Under the pieces are notes generated by a model. That model ran no database searches and was not told the origin of the DNA. It worked only from the letters and a program-made list of their open reading frames with translations. 64,000 nt of DNA. It comes from a bacterium (GTDB lineage: Bacteria > UBA8248). A program made the translations under genes and the position numbers. The stretch lies in assembly GCA_965207065.1 (NCBI GenBank), contig OZ242260.1, positions 4,224,001 to 4,288,000 on the forward strand. Reading direction: 5' to 3'. Position 1 is the first letter of the stretch; every line of letters begins with the position of its first letter. Below, one piece after another: positions 39,229-51,690 of the stretch.

Positions 39229-40374
39229 TTATGCCCAAAGAGAACTCAACTTGCCGAGAATGCCCTTTCCGGCCCCATTTTCCCCGGCTCCTCCAGCCCC
39301 GTTCTTCTCCGCCTTTTCACGTTCGATCTCCGACAATTCGCCAAAGAGCTTTTCCTCGTCCGGCGTTAATTTTGTCGGCGTCTGGACATGAACCAGAAAC
39401 ATGTGATCGCCGCGCCCTCTCCTGCCGAGGCGCTGGAATCCCTCGCCCTTGAGCCTCAACACGTCCGAGGACTGCACCCCCTGGGGTATCTCGAGCTCGG
39501 ACTCTCCGTAGAGCGTCCTCACCTTCACCATATCGCCCAGGGCGGCCTGCGAGAACGAAACGGATACCTGGCTCGCCACGTCCGCCCCGTTGCGCTCGAA
39601 TTCCTCGTGCGCGAGCATGGAGACGACGACGAACAAATCGCCCGCCGGCCCGCCCTTGGCGCCCCCTTCCCCCTCTTCGCGAAGACGCAGCCTGGCGCCC
39701 TCGTCCACGCCGGGAGGAATCTTCACCTTCACCTTCCTCTGCTCCAGACGGCGTCCGGCGCCATCGCATTCCGCGCAATGCTCGGTGATCCGCCTGCCCG
39801 CGCCGTTACAATCCGAGCAAGTGGTGGAAAAGGTCATGAAACCCTGGCGGTAGGACATCTGGCCGCTGCCGCCGCACGATGTGCACTCGCGAATCGCGTC
39901 GGGCGACTTGGCCCCGCTGCCGCCGCAATAGACGCATTCCGTGGGCCGCTCGAATTCGATTTCACGCTCGACCCCAACAGCCGCCTCCTCGAACGTCATC
40001 TCCAGTTGATAGGCCAGATCCCGGCCCTGGCGCGGCCCGTCGCGGCGCGCGCGAGAACCTGCGAATGCGCCGCCGAACAGATCGCCGAAAATATCCCCGA
40101 ACGAGGAGAAGATGTCGTCGAAATTCGAAAACCCTTGATGCCCCATGCCACGAAGCCCGTCGTGGCCGAAGCGATCATACGCGCTCCTCTTCTCGGGCTC
40201 GCTCAATACCTGGTAGGCCTCGGAGGCTTCCTTGAACAATTCCTCGGCCTCCGCATCGCCGGAATTGCGATCCGGATGATGCTGCATCGCCAGCGTGCGA
40301 TACGCCTTTTTGATCTCGGCGTCGCTCGCATCGCGGCTTACGCCCAGCACTTCGTAGTAGTCACGCTTGCTCAT
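39229..40374 (-). CDS. dnaJ: Molecular chaperone DnaJ
   Basis: J domain with HPD, G/F region, four CxxCxGxG repeats. Confidence 0.97.
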   Translation of the reverse strand: MSKRDYYEVLGVSRDASDAEIKKAYRTLAMQHHPDRNSGDAEAEELFKEASEAYQVLSEPEKRSAYDRFGHDGLRGMGHQGFSNFDDIFSSFGDIFGDLFGGAFAGSRARRDGPRQGRDLAYQLEMTFEEAAVGVEREIEFERPTECVYCGGSGAKSPDAIRECTSCGGSGQMSYRQGFMTFSTTCSDCNGAGRRITEHCAECDGAGRRLEQRKVKVKIPPGVDEGARLRLREEGEGGAKGGPAGDLFVVVSMLAHEEFERNGADVASQVSVSFSQAALGDMVKVRTLYGESELEIPQGVQSSDVLRLKGEGFQRLGRRGRGDHMFLVHVQTPTKLTPDEEKLFGELSEIEREKAEKNGAGGAGENGAGKGILGKLSSLWA

Positions 40375-40433
40375 GCTTTCCCTTTATCCTGAAAATCGAA
40401 AACACGCGACAATACTATGCGCACGAATCCGGT

Positions 40434-41141
40434 TCAAGGGCGCGAGTCCGGCTGCCCGCCCGCATACTTGCCCACCGAGACGCGCGCGGGTCGTAATACC
40501 GCATCGCCCAGCTTGTAGCCGCAGGCCAACTCCTCCACCACCAGGCCGTCCTGCGCCTTATCGTCCACCTCGACCAACCGCACCGCCTCGTGCTCTTCCG
40601 GGTTGAAGGCGGCGCCCATCGCCGGGAGAGGCTCCACGCCCAGGTTCGAGAGTTCCTGAAAGAACCGGCCCTGAATCATCCGGACCCCCTGCACGAGGGT
40701 TTCCAGCGCGCTGTCTTTTTCCCCCTGAGAGGTTCCGCTATCGACGGCCGCCGTGGCGCGCGCCAGATCGTCGGCGATGCTCAAGAATCCGGAGACCGCC
40801 TGTTTCTTCACCTCCTGGGTCCTGCGCTCCATCTCGCGCTCCTGGCGCGCCCTGAAGTCAGCCGTGTCCTTGTCGATTTTCTCGACATATTCCTTGAACT
40901 TCTCCTCGGCGGCGGCGACCTTCGCCTGGAGCTGCTCCACGTAGGCGGGCACGCGCGGGGTTTCTTCGGCCTCCTCGCCGCTCACCTCGCCGTCTTCGCG
41001 GACGCGCCGCCTGTCCACGACGCGCGGCTTCTCCTTGGTTTCCGCCTCCGCATCGCCCGTATCCACCGACTCCGCTGCTTCGGCTTCGGCCTTCGCGCCA
41101 CCGCCGTTTTCCGTCTCGACTTTTACATCCCTGGCTTTCAT
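40434..41141 (-). CDS. grpE: Nucleotide exchange factor GrpE
   Basis: FNPEEHEAV and GY..G..VLRPARV.V motifs. Confidence 0.92.
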   Translation of the reverse strand: MKARDVKVETENGGGAKAEAEAAESVDTGDAEAETKEKPRVVDRRRVREDGEVSGEEAEETPRVPAYVEQLQAKVAAAEEKFKEYVEKIDKDTADFRARQEREMERRTQEVKKQAVSGFLSIADDLARATAAVDSGTSQGEKDSALETLVQGVRMIQGRFFQELSNLGVEPLPAMGAAFNPEEHEAVRLVEVDDKAQDGLVVEELACGYKLGDAVLRPARVSVGKYAGGQPDSRP

Positions 41142-41162
41142 GAAACGACTTCCTCCCAGAAC

Positions 41163-42023
41163 CTAGTATCTCATTTCCATCAGCCGCCGAATCCGCTCTT
41201 CCATCGGCGGGTGCGTGCTGAAAAGACGCGCCAGACCTCCGCCCGCAAGGGGGTTGACGATGTACATGTGGGCCGTCGCCTCGCTCGCACAGTGAAGTTC
41301 CTCGCGGTGGGCGGCCTCATCGAGGCGATGCAGGGCGTTCGCCAGCCCGACCGGCGTGCCCGCGATCTGCGCGCCCGTGGCGTCGGCGAGATACTCGCGC
41401 GAGCGGCTCACCGCCATCTGAAGAAGCGTCGCGGCGATGGGGGCCACGATGGCGGCGACGATGATCCCCAGCAAGCCTCCGCCACCACCCTCCTCGTCGT
41501 CGCCCCGGCCGTATGCGCCGAAAAAAGCGGCGAACTGCGCCATCTGCGCGAGATACATGATGGCGCCCGCCAGGGATGCGGCGACCGTGCTCAGAAGAAT
41601 GTCTCGGTTCTTGATGTGGGCGAGTTCGTGCGCGGCCACGCCTTCGAGTTCTTCTCTATTCAGGTCCTGCAGAATTCCCTCGGTGAAGGCGACGGCGGCG
41701 TTCTCGGGGTTTCTGCCCGTGGCGAAGGCGTTCGGCGCATTTTCGGGAATGACGTAGACGCGCGGCATGGGCAGGTTCGCGCGCCGGGCGAGGTCCGCCA
41801 CCATGCCGTAGAGTTCGGGCGCATGTTCGGGAAGCACCTCGCTCGCGCCCGTGCTGGCGAGAACGATCTTGTCCGAATACCAGTAGCTGTAGCCGTTGAT
41901 GCCCACCGCGAGCACCAGGGCGATGACCAGCCCGGTCGTCCCGCCGAGAAGATTGCCGATGAGCAGAATCAGCCCCGTCAGCAACCCGAGCAGCAAAAAG
42001 GATTTTATGGAATTCGTGCTCAC
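41163..42023 (-). CDS. htpX: Zinc metalloprotease HtpX
   Basis: [22 protein letters not shown] and FSTHPP motifs. Confidence 0.95.
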   Translation of the reverse strand: MSTNSIKSFLLLGLLTGLILLIGNLLGGTTGLVIALVLAVGINGYSYWYSDKIVLASTGASEVLPEHAPELYGMVADLARRANLPMPRVYVIPENAPNAFATGRNPENAAVAFTEGILQDLNREELEGVAAHELAHIKNRDILLSTVAASLAGAIMYLAQMAQFAAFFGAYGRGDDEEGGGGGLLGIIVAAIVAPIAATLLQMAVSRSREYLADATGAQIAGTPVGLANALHRLDEAAHREELHCASEATAHMYIVNPLAGGGLARLFSTHPPMEERIRRLMEMRY

Positions 42024-42427
42024 AACCGCCTCCTCCTGATATGCACGAGTTTGGCGGCGACCGAAGGTATCATGGCCTGCATATCGGGCGTTGCGTTGCT
42101 CATCTGCTCGCGGAATTCCTCGAACGCCCGGCTCTCGATCAACTCCTCGAGTTCGCCGAGGCGTTCGAGCGCGCTCATCAGCTTCTCGCGAAGCTCGATG
42201 ATGACCTGCACACCCGCCAGATTCACGCCCATGTCCCGCGTGAGCGCCATGATGATTTCGAGTTGATCGATATCTTCTTCGGAATAATAGCGCGTCCCGC
42301 CCTCGCTGCGGCCCGGTTCGATGAGACCCTGGCGCTCATACATCCTGAGCGTCTGCTGGTGGATCTCGAACATCTCGGCCACCGCGCTGATGGTGTAGCG
42401 CCCGTCTCTCACGCCTCTACGCGCCAT
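42020..42427 (-). CDS. hspR: MerR-family heat-shock repressor (HspR-like)
   Basis: [20 protein letters not shown] and GVNLAGV motifs; follows a CbpA-like gene. Confidence 0.82.
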   Translation of the reverse strand: MARRGVRDGRYTISAVAEMFEIHQQTLRMYERQGLIEPGRSEGGTRYYSEEDIDQLEIIMALTRDMGVNLAGVQVIIELREKLMSALERLGELEELIESRAFEEFREQMSNATPDMQAMIPSVAAKLVHIRRRRL

Positions 42428-42488
42428 TATCCTCTCCAGAGCCTATCGTCATATGTCTGCTCACGCCCATACCCGCATACGCCCATCA

Positions 42489-43442
42489 TTACATGCTCAC
42501 GCCCGTCATGTTCGCCCGAGGCGACGTGGGGTTGCGACTTTCGAGCTCGCGGACGATTTCCTTGCTTTCCTCATCCATCTGATCCGGCAACAAGACCTGG
42601 ATCCTGACGAACAAATCGCCCTTGCCCGAGCCCTTGAGTTTCGGAGCTCCCTTGCCCGAAAGCCTGAAAACCTGGCCGTTCTGGGTCGAAGGGGGAATTG
42701 TCATCTTCGTCACCCCCTCGAAGGTGTTGATCTCCACGCGCGCGCCCAGAAGCGCCTCGCCGAGGCTGACGGGAAGCTCGAGATACAGGTTATCCCCTTT
42801 TCGCTCGAAGAATGGGTGTTCGCGCACCTTTGTGACGATGAAGAGGTCCCCCTGCGGCCCGTCGTTCAGCGAGACTTCTCCCTTGCCCGCCAGACGGATG
42901 CGCGAGCCGTTCGAAACGCCGGGCGGTATCTTCACCTGAATGCGCTCGGTGGTGTGCTGGATTTTCCCGTTTTCGTTCGTGGTCTTGGGCACGGTGATGG
43001 TGGTGTTGAGCCCCTTCAGGGAATCGTCGAAACCTATCTCCATCGAGTAGTTCACGTCCTGACCCCGCCGGGGGGCCTGGGGCTGCGCGTGGAAGCCGCC
43101 GCGTGCAGCACCGCCGCGCGCGCCGCCGAACACGCTACCGAAAATATCGCCCAGGCCGAATTCGCGCAGAATGTCTTCCATGCCGGGCGGGGCTCCCCCG
43201 CCCCAGGGACTGCCCCCGCCGAAGGCCGCATGCCCCATGGCGTCATATTTTCTGCGCTTCTCCGGATCCGAGATGACGGCGTACGCCTCGCTGATTTCCT
43301 TGAAGCGCTCCTCCGCCTTCGCATTCCCCGGGTTGACGTCGGGGTGATACGTCCGCGCCAGCTTCTTGAAAGCGCGTTTCAGTTCCGCTTCCGAAGCGCT
43401 CCGGTCGATTCCCAGCACCTCGTAATAATCACGCTTGGCCAT
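42489..43442 (-). CDS. cbpA: DnaJ-class co-chaperone without zinc finger (CbpA-like)
   Basis: J domain with HPD and DnaJ C-terminal domains; no CxxCxGxG. Confidence 0.8.
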   Translation of the reverse strand: MAKRDYYEVLGIDRSASEAELKRAFKKLARTYHPDVNPGNAKAEERFKEISEAYAVISDPEKRRKYDAMGHAAFGGGSPWGGGAPPGMEDILREFGLGDIFGSVFGGARGGAARGGFHAQPQAPRRGQDVNYSMEIGFDDSLKGLNTTITVPKTTNENGKIQHTTERIQVKIPPGVSNGSRIRLAGKGEVSLNDGPQGDLFIVTKVREHPFFERKGDNLYLELPVSLGEALLGARVEINTFEGVTKMTIPPSTQNGQVFRLSGKGAPKLKGSGKGDLFVRIQVLLPDQMDEESKEIVRELESRNPTSPRANMTGVSM

Positions 43443-43466
43443 ACCATCCTCATCCGGGCAGGACGC

Positions 43467-45386
43467 TTAAGGCTTGTCCTTGTCCACTTCCTCGAACTCG
43501 GCATCCACGACGTCGCCCGCGGGCGCGCCGTTCTCCCCGCCGCCGGCCTCCGGTGTTTCGGCGGCGGCACCGTCTGCCTGACTCGCCTGCTCGTACATCG
43601 CCTGCGCGAGCTTGTGCGAGGCCGCCTCGAGTTTTTCCTGCGCTTCCTTGATCTCCTCCACCGTCGCGTCCTCTTTCTCCAGAACCGCCCGGAGCGCGAC
43701 GATGGCGTCTTCTATCTCTTTCTTGTCTTCGGCCGAAACCTTGTCCTCGTTCTCCTTGAGCATCTTCTCCGTGCTGTACGCCATGCTGTCGGCCATGTTT
43801 CTCGCCTCGACGGCCTCGCGCCGCTTCTTGTCCTCCTCGGCGTGCTCGTCCGCATCGGACACCATGTTGTTGATCTCCTCCTCGGAGAGGCCGCTCGAGC
43901 TCGTGATGGTGATCGCCTGCTCCTTGCTGGTGCCCAGGTCCTTGGCGGAGACGTTCACGATGCCGTTGGCGTCGATGTCGAACGTCACCTCGATCTGGGG
44001 AACCCCCCGTGGCGCGGCGGGGATGCCGACGAGATGGAACTTGCCCAGCGAGCGGTTGCCCGAAGCCATCTCGCGCTCGCCCTGAAGCACGTGCACTTCG
44101 ACGGAGGGCTGGTTGTCCGCCGCGGTGGAGAAGGTTTCGCTCTTCTTGACGGGTATCGTCGTGTTGCGCTCGATGAGCTTGGTGGACACGCCGCCCAAGG
44201 TCTCTATCCCCAAGGAGAGCGGGGTGACGTCCAGCAGCAGAACGTCCTTGACGTCTCCGGCGAGCACGCCGCCCTGCACGCCCGCGCCGACCGCCACGAC
44301 CTCGTCGGGGTTCACGCCCTTGTGGGGCTCTTTGCCGAAAAATTTCTCCACCGTCTCCTGCACCAGCGGCATTCGCGTTGAACCGCCCACCAGCACGACC
44401 TCGTCGATGTCGCCGGGCTGGACCTTGGCGTCATCCAGCGCGCGGCGGCAGGGCGCCAGCGTCTTCTCCACCAGATCGCCGGTCAACTGCTCGAGTTTCG
44501 CGCGCGTGAGCTTCAGGTTCAGGTGCTTGGGGCCCGAGGCGTCCGCCGTGATGAACGGCAGGTTGATGGTCGTCTCCATGGAACTCGAGAGCTCGATCTT
44601 CGCCTTTTCGGATTCCTCGCGCAGACGCTGAAGCGCCATGGGGTCGCCCGAGATGTCGATGCCCTGGTCTTTCTTGAACTCCTCCGCCATCCACTCGATG
44701 ATCCGGTGGTCGATGTTGTCGCCGCCCAGGTGCGTATCTCCGTTCGTGGCCTTCACCTCGACCACGTTGTCCCCCACCTCGAGGATGGAGATGTCGAACG
44801 TGCCGCCGCCGAAGTCATAGACCGCGATGGTCTGATCCGCCTTCTTGTCGAGTCCGTAGGCGAGGGCGGCGGCCGTCGGCTCGTTGATGATGCGCTGGAC
44901 GTTGAGCCCTGCGATTTTTCCGGCATCCTTCGTCGCCTGGCGCTGGCTGTCGTTGAAATACGCGGGCACCGTGACGACCGCCTCGGTCACCTGCTCGCCC
45001 AGGTAGTCCTCGGCGGCCTGCTTGAGCTTTTGCAGCACGCTCGCCGATATCTCGGGAGGGGCGTGCTCCTTGCCGTCGATCTTGATGCGCGCGTCGCCGC
45101 TGTCCGCCTTCACGACCTCATAGGGCACGATGGTGACTTCCTCGGGCACTTCCGCGAAACGCCTGCCCATGAAGCGTTTTGCGGAATAAATGGTCCTGGT
45201 CGGGTTGGTCACCGCCTGGCGCTTGGCCACGAGGCCGACGAGTTTCTCCCCGTCGTCGGTGAACGCCACGACGCTGGGCGTCGTGCGGTTGCCCTCCTGG
45301 TTGGCGATGACCGTAGGCTGCCCACCCTCCATGACGGAGACGACCGAGTTGGTGGTGCCCAAATCAATTCCGATTACCTTCGACAT
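43467..45386 (-). CDS. dnaK: Molecular chaperone DnaK
   Basis: [23 protein letters not shown] and VDAEFEEV tail. Confidence 0.98.
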   Translation of the reverse strand: MSKVIGIDLGTTNSVVSVMEGGQPTVIANQEGNRTTPSVVAFTDDGEKLVGLVAKRQAVTNPTRTIYSAKRFMGRRFAEVPEEVTIVPYEVVKADSGDARIKIDGKEHAPPEISASVLQKLKQAAEDYLGEQVTEAVVTVPAYFNDSQRQATKDAGKIAGLNVQRIINEPTAAALAYGLDKKADQTIAVYDFGGGTFDISILEVGDNVVEVKATNGDTHLGGDNIDHRIIEWMAEEFKKDQGIDISGDPMALQRLREESEKAKIELSSSMETTINLPFITADASGPKHLNLKLTRAKLEQLTGDLVEKTLAPCRRALDDAKVQPGDIDEVVLVGGSTRMPLVQETVEKFFGKEPHKGVNPDEVVAVGAGVQGGVLAGDVKDVLLLDVTPLSLGIETLGGVSTKLIERNTTIPVKKSETFSTAADNQPSVEVHVLQGEREMASGNRSLGKFHLVGIPAAPRGVPQIEVTFDIDANGIVNVSAKDLGTSKEQAITITSSSGLSEEEINNMVSDADEHAEEDKKRREAVEARNMADSMAYSTEKMLKENEDKVSAEDKKEIEDAIVALRAVLEKEDATVEEIKEAQEKLEAASHKLAQAMYEQASQADGAAAETPEAGGGENGAPAGDVVDAEFEEVDKDKP

Positions 45387-45494
45387 CAATCTTTCTCCTT
45401 ATCGGGATAAACAATCAAAATTTCACAACAAAATTTCTGGTTTTTTCGTTCTCATGGATGTGGAATAGAAAGTTCCGTCCGCATCCGGGAGCAT

Positions 45495-48125
<2,631 letters not shown>

Positions 48126-48275
48126 GAACGTGTGCTCCGGTTTCTTTCGTGAAAATCCACGTAAATATCGATAAATTACGATAAATTTCCACTGAATTTC
48201 GATAAATTTTCCGGCGCCTGAAACCCCGTCAATTCCGATATACCGGAGGCGGCCGAGGCTTGATGACACAAGGGA

Positions 48276-48304
48276 AATATAATATCTTAGTCATGGACTG
48301 TCAA
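48276..48304 (-). promoter_or_regulatory. Sigma70-type promoter of the clpB-dnaK cluster
   Basis: Minus strand TTGACA-N17-TATATT; AGTC-N3-GACT dyad inside the spacer. Confidence 0.75.
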
Positions 48305-48521
48305 GTTTTATAATATTAAAATATGCAGACTTTTTTGATTTGCACCGGAGTACGCCTCGCCGACCTGGAAGGAAATAAGCGGCTTATTGCGTGAACAAGC
48401 CTGTATTTCAAGGATATATCGGCCTCAAGCCTTTGCAAAAAGACAAAAAAGTAGTATATTCAGGGTGTGGATATCACAATTAATCTTGGTTGCCATTAAC
48501 AAGGTCAAGGAGAAACAACAG

Positions 48522-48905
48522 ATGACGGATGGAACGGTCACTTTATTCGATCAGTCCCAAGAAAAACCACAAGCCCTTGAAGGCATTATGGTTACGCCGC
48601 TCGCCCGCCAGAAGGTGAGCGAGATTCTCGAGGCGGAAGGCAAGACCGGCCACGGGCTGCGTCTGGCCGTCACCGCCGGCGGCTGCTCGGGTTACAACTA
48701 TGGCCTGTATTTCGAGGAATCCGCCAATCCCGAGGATAAAGTGTTCTCCTCCGATAGCTTCGACGTGTTCGTGGACCCGCAGAGCTATCCCGTCATCGCG
48801 GGAACGGAGATTGATTTCGTCGACAGCCTCCAGGGCTCGGGCTTCAAGATCAACAACCCCAACGCCATGGGCATGTGCGGCTGCGGCAAATCGTTCACCA
48901 CTTGA
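48522..48905 (+). CDS. A-type Fe-S carrier (IscA/ErpA/HesB family)
   Basis: GGCSG and CGCGKSF motifs; GGAG upstream. Confidence 0.93.
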   Translation: MTDGTVTLFDQSQEKPQALEGIMVTPLARQKVSEILEAEGKTGHGLRLAVTAGGCSGYNYGLYFEESANPEDKVFSSDSFDVFVDPQSYPVIAGTEIDFVDSLQGSGFKINNPNAMGMCGCGKSFTT

Positions 48906-48922
48906 ATAAACAATACCTTACG

Positions 48923-48956
48923 AGCCCCGGGCATCACGCGCCCGGGGCTTTTTTTA
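48923..48956 (+). terminator. Intrinsic terminator after the A-type carrier gene
   Basis: AGCCCCGGGC-loop-GCCCGGGGCT followed by T-run. Confidence 0.8.
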
Positions 48957-48977
48957 TGCCGGACGAGAGAGCCTGCC

Positions 48978-50432
48978 GTGAACCGAAACGATAAGGCATC
49001 CGAGTGGCGCGCCCCCGGCGCCGTCGTTCTCATCTCCTGCTACGAGTTGGGACATCAGCCCCTCGCCGTCGCCTCGCCCCTGGCTTTTTTGCGCGAAGCG
49101 GGCTTCCGTCCCCGGGCAATGGACATCGCGGTTGAGGATTTCTCAGAAGAAAATATCGCAAACGCGAAATTCGTCGGCATCAGCGTACCGATGCACACCG
49201 CGCTCAGGCTCGGCGTGGAGGTGGCGGCGAAAGTACGCGAGACGAACCCCGAGTGCCACATTTGTTTTTACGGCCTCTACGGCCTGCTCAACAAAGACTA
49301 TCTACTTGAAAACGGCGGGGATTCGGCCATCGGCGGCGAGTTCGAGCTGCCGCTCGTGAAGCTCGTTCAAGGACTGTCCCAAGACTCCGGCGCCACCCAG
49401 GTTCCCGGCGCGGCCACGAGAGAGCACACGTCCGGCCCGTATCTCGAGAAAATCCCGCTTCTCAAGCCCGAACGAGAAGGGTTGCCAGCGCTCCAGGCGT
49501 ACGCCCACCTCGTAAATGGAGAAAATCACTACCCCGCAGGAGCCGTCGAGGCGAGCCGCGGCTGCAAGCACTTGTGCCTCCATTGCCCCATTCCGCCGGT
49601 CTACGATGGCCGTTTCTTCATCGTGCCCCAGGATAAGGTTTTAGAGGATATCGAAGATTTGGCGGCGCAAGGCGCGCGCCATATCACCTTCGCGGATCCG
49701 GATTTCCTGAACGGCCCCTCTCATGCGCTTCGAGTCGCCCGCGCCATGCACGAGCGGTTTCCGGCGCTCACCTTCGATTTCACGGCCAAGGTGGAACACC
49801 TCATCAAACACGAGGAACTTCTGCCGGAGTTCAGAGAATACGGATGCGCGTTTTTCGTCACCGCGGTGGAATCTTTAAGCGACCTCGTCCTCCGTCATCT
49901 GGACAAGGGACACAGCAGGGAAGACGTTTTTCGCGCCGTGAAAGCCGCCCGGGAGGCGCGCGTTTCCATCAGGCCGTCACTGGTCGCATTCACGCCGTGG
50001 ACGAGCGCTCAGGACTATTTCGATCTGCTGGATTTCATCGAAGAATACGCACTAATCGACGAGGTCGACCCCATTCAGATGGCCATTCGGCTGCTGGTGC
50101 CGCCGGGGTCCTACCTGCCCGGCTCCAAACAGATGGAGAGATACATCACCGAACTCGACGCCGAGAATTTCATCTACCGATGGGAGCATCCGGACAGAAG
50201 GATGGACAAACTGCACGAGGAGGCGCTCATCTTGGCCGAAGATGCGGCAGCGCGCCAAGAGGATGCCGCCACAACATTCATGAGGATTCGCGAATTGGCG
50301 GCCGACGTTCTCGAACGCCCCGAACAGGCGCGGCCAAAAGCCACTTTCGCGCCCGATCGAATCCGCCCGCCTCGCCTGACCGAATCGTGGTTTTGCTGAG
50401 CGGAGCCCACCCAGGGCCAGTTGGCCCTCTAA
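48978..50432 (+). CDS. CUAEP-tail radical SAM selenoprotein (B12-binding-like N-terminus); TGA 50397-50399 read as Sec
   Basis: CKHLCLHC radical SAM motif; reading through TGA gives WFC-U-AEPTQGQLAL then TAA; hairpin 13 nt after TGA. Confidence 0.85.
50413..50428 (+). promoter_or_regulatory. Candidate bacterial SECIS for the radical SAM UGA
   Basis: AGGGCC-AGTT-GGCCCT stem-loop with GU in the apical loop. Confidence 0.6.
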
Positions 50433-50448
50433 GCCGCCCAGATAATAT

Positions 50449-50799
50449 TTACGTCAATATCCTGGTGTAGGTATCTTCATCGAAACCGACGATGAGGGTG
50501 CTCCGGTGTTTGATGACCGGCGCTCTGAGCGTGCCCGAGCGGCCCATCACTAGCGCCAGCACGTCTTCGCGCGCAGGTTTTTCTTTTTTCATATTCAGGT
50601 GAATGACTTTCCTGCTCTTGGTCGAATACAGGTCCGCCACGCCATCCAGAAGCGAATCGACGTTGCCCTCATCCACTACGTCTTTCCTGGAACTGGCCTG
50701 CTCTGTAACCTCGATACCGTTTTCCGCAAGAAACGCTTGCGTTTTGGCGCAGGTCTTTCAGCCTGAGCGATGGTAGTACCAATCCACTGTCTTCGACAT
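50449..50799 (-). CDS. ArsC/Spx-like thioredoxin-fold selenoprotein (U-x-x-C); TGA at codon 14
   Basis: MSKTVDWYYHRSG-U-KTCAKTQAFL continues in frame into the track ORF 50449-50676 ending GTLRAPVI...LIVGF; GGAG upstream of ATG. Confidence 0.85.
50725..50741 (-). promoter_or_regulatory. Candidate bacterial SECIS for the ArsC-like UGA
   Basis: Minus strand CGCAAG-CGTTT-CTTGCG hairpin starting 16 nt after TGA; alternative AAACGC-AA-GCGTTT pairing possible. Confidence 0.5.
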
Positions 50800-50913
50800 G
50801 TCTCAAAATCTCCTCACAAAACGAGAAACCCTCTCGTTGAAAAACCATATCGGCGGCTGAGCGAATCGGGGGATGCCCGCCTTCAACTCACCCCTGATGA
50901 AAGCGCAATTGAT

Positions 50914-51633
50914 TCAAAGATTCATAACTGCGACGGCCCGTATGGGAGAGCCCGTGCCATCGCGAATCTTCAGCGGAAGCCCCACATAGAGGAATTCCTC
51001 CCCCGCCACGGCTTCGATGTTCGCCAGATTTTCCGTGTTGTGGCGCTGAAGCTCCCGGCAAAGCACATGGCAGGGAAACGTGAGTTCTATGGTGTTCACG
51101 CCGGCGTCGATGCTGGGCGCATCCTGGCCGATGTTCACCACGCCGCACTCGCGATAGAGGAAATTCGCGGCGTCATAGCCCAAACCCGGGTACGTGCTGA
51201 GATAATCATCCGTCGGGTAGGTGCGCTTGAAATGGCCGCCCGTGAAGAGGAGCGTGCCGTCCCTGGGGGGCGTCAAGTCCGCTGCGGAAAGTTCATCCTG
51301 CAAGAGCTGCAAGGAAATCTCCTCCATCGGCTCCACCTTGCCCGTGAAATCCAGCGCGACCGCCCGTGTAATGAACCACTCGAGCGGCGCCTGATCGATG
51401 TTCGGAGCCGTTTCCCGCTCGTCGATGTGGCTGACCGAATCGGTATGCGTCGGACCGTGATCGCACATGTGGAGCATCATGGCCGCATACGTGATGTCCT
51501 TTGGTTTGATAGGCGCATTGGCCGCATCTTCGTGCCGGGCGACGTATTCGATTTCCGTCCCCGGATGCCCGGGAAACCTGGGCGCACCGGTGTAAATCTC
51601 CTGGCTCAGATCGATGATTTCGTACATGCTCAT
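50914..51633 (-). CDS. Cyclase / KynB-like family protein
   Basis: IIDLS, HGPTHTDSVSH and GSPIRAVA motifs. Confidence 0.88.
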   Translation of the reverse strand: MSMYEIIDLSQEIYTGAPRFPGHPGTEIEYVARHEDAANAPIKPKDITYAAMMLHMCDHGPTHTDSVSHIDERETAPNIDQAPLEWFITRAVALDFTGKVEPMEEISLQLLQDELSAADLTPPRDGTLLFTGGHFKRTYPTDDYLSTYPGLGYDAANFLYRECGVVNIGQDAPSIDAGVNTIELTFPCHVLCRELQRHNTENLANIEAVAGEEFLYVGLPLKIRDGTGSPIRAVAVMNL

Positions 51634-51690
51634 CTCCTCAAAATCTATCCGAAAAGCCCCCGCATGCGGTGGCATCCTCGTCAAAAATAA

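Noticed and set aside
42455-42510. Short repeats (GCTCACGCCC twice, ACGCCCAT) at the cbpA-hspR junction
   Set aside because: Too short and irregular to support a function
48522-48905. HesB-family protein as a third selenoprotein (also the glutaredoxin at 58204)
   Set aside because: All motif positions are Cys codons and the terminal TGA follows a complete domain
50834-50890. GTTGAAAAACC upstream of the ArsC-like gene as a MITE end
   Set aside because: Only a short match without subterminal block or clear partner end; at most a relic
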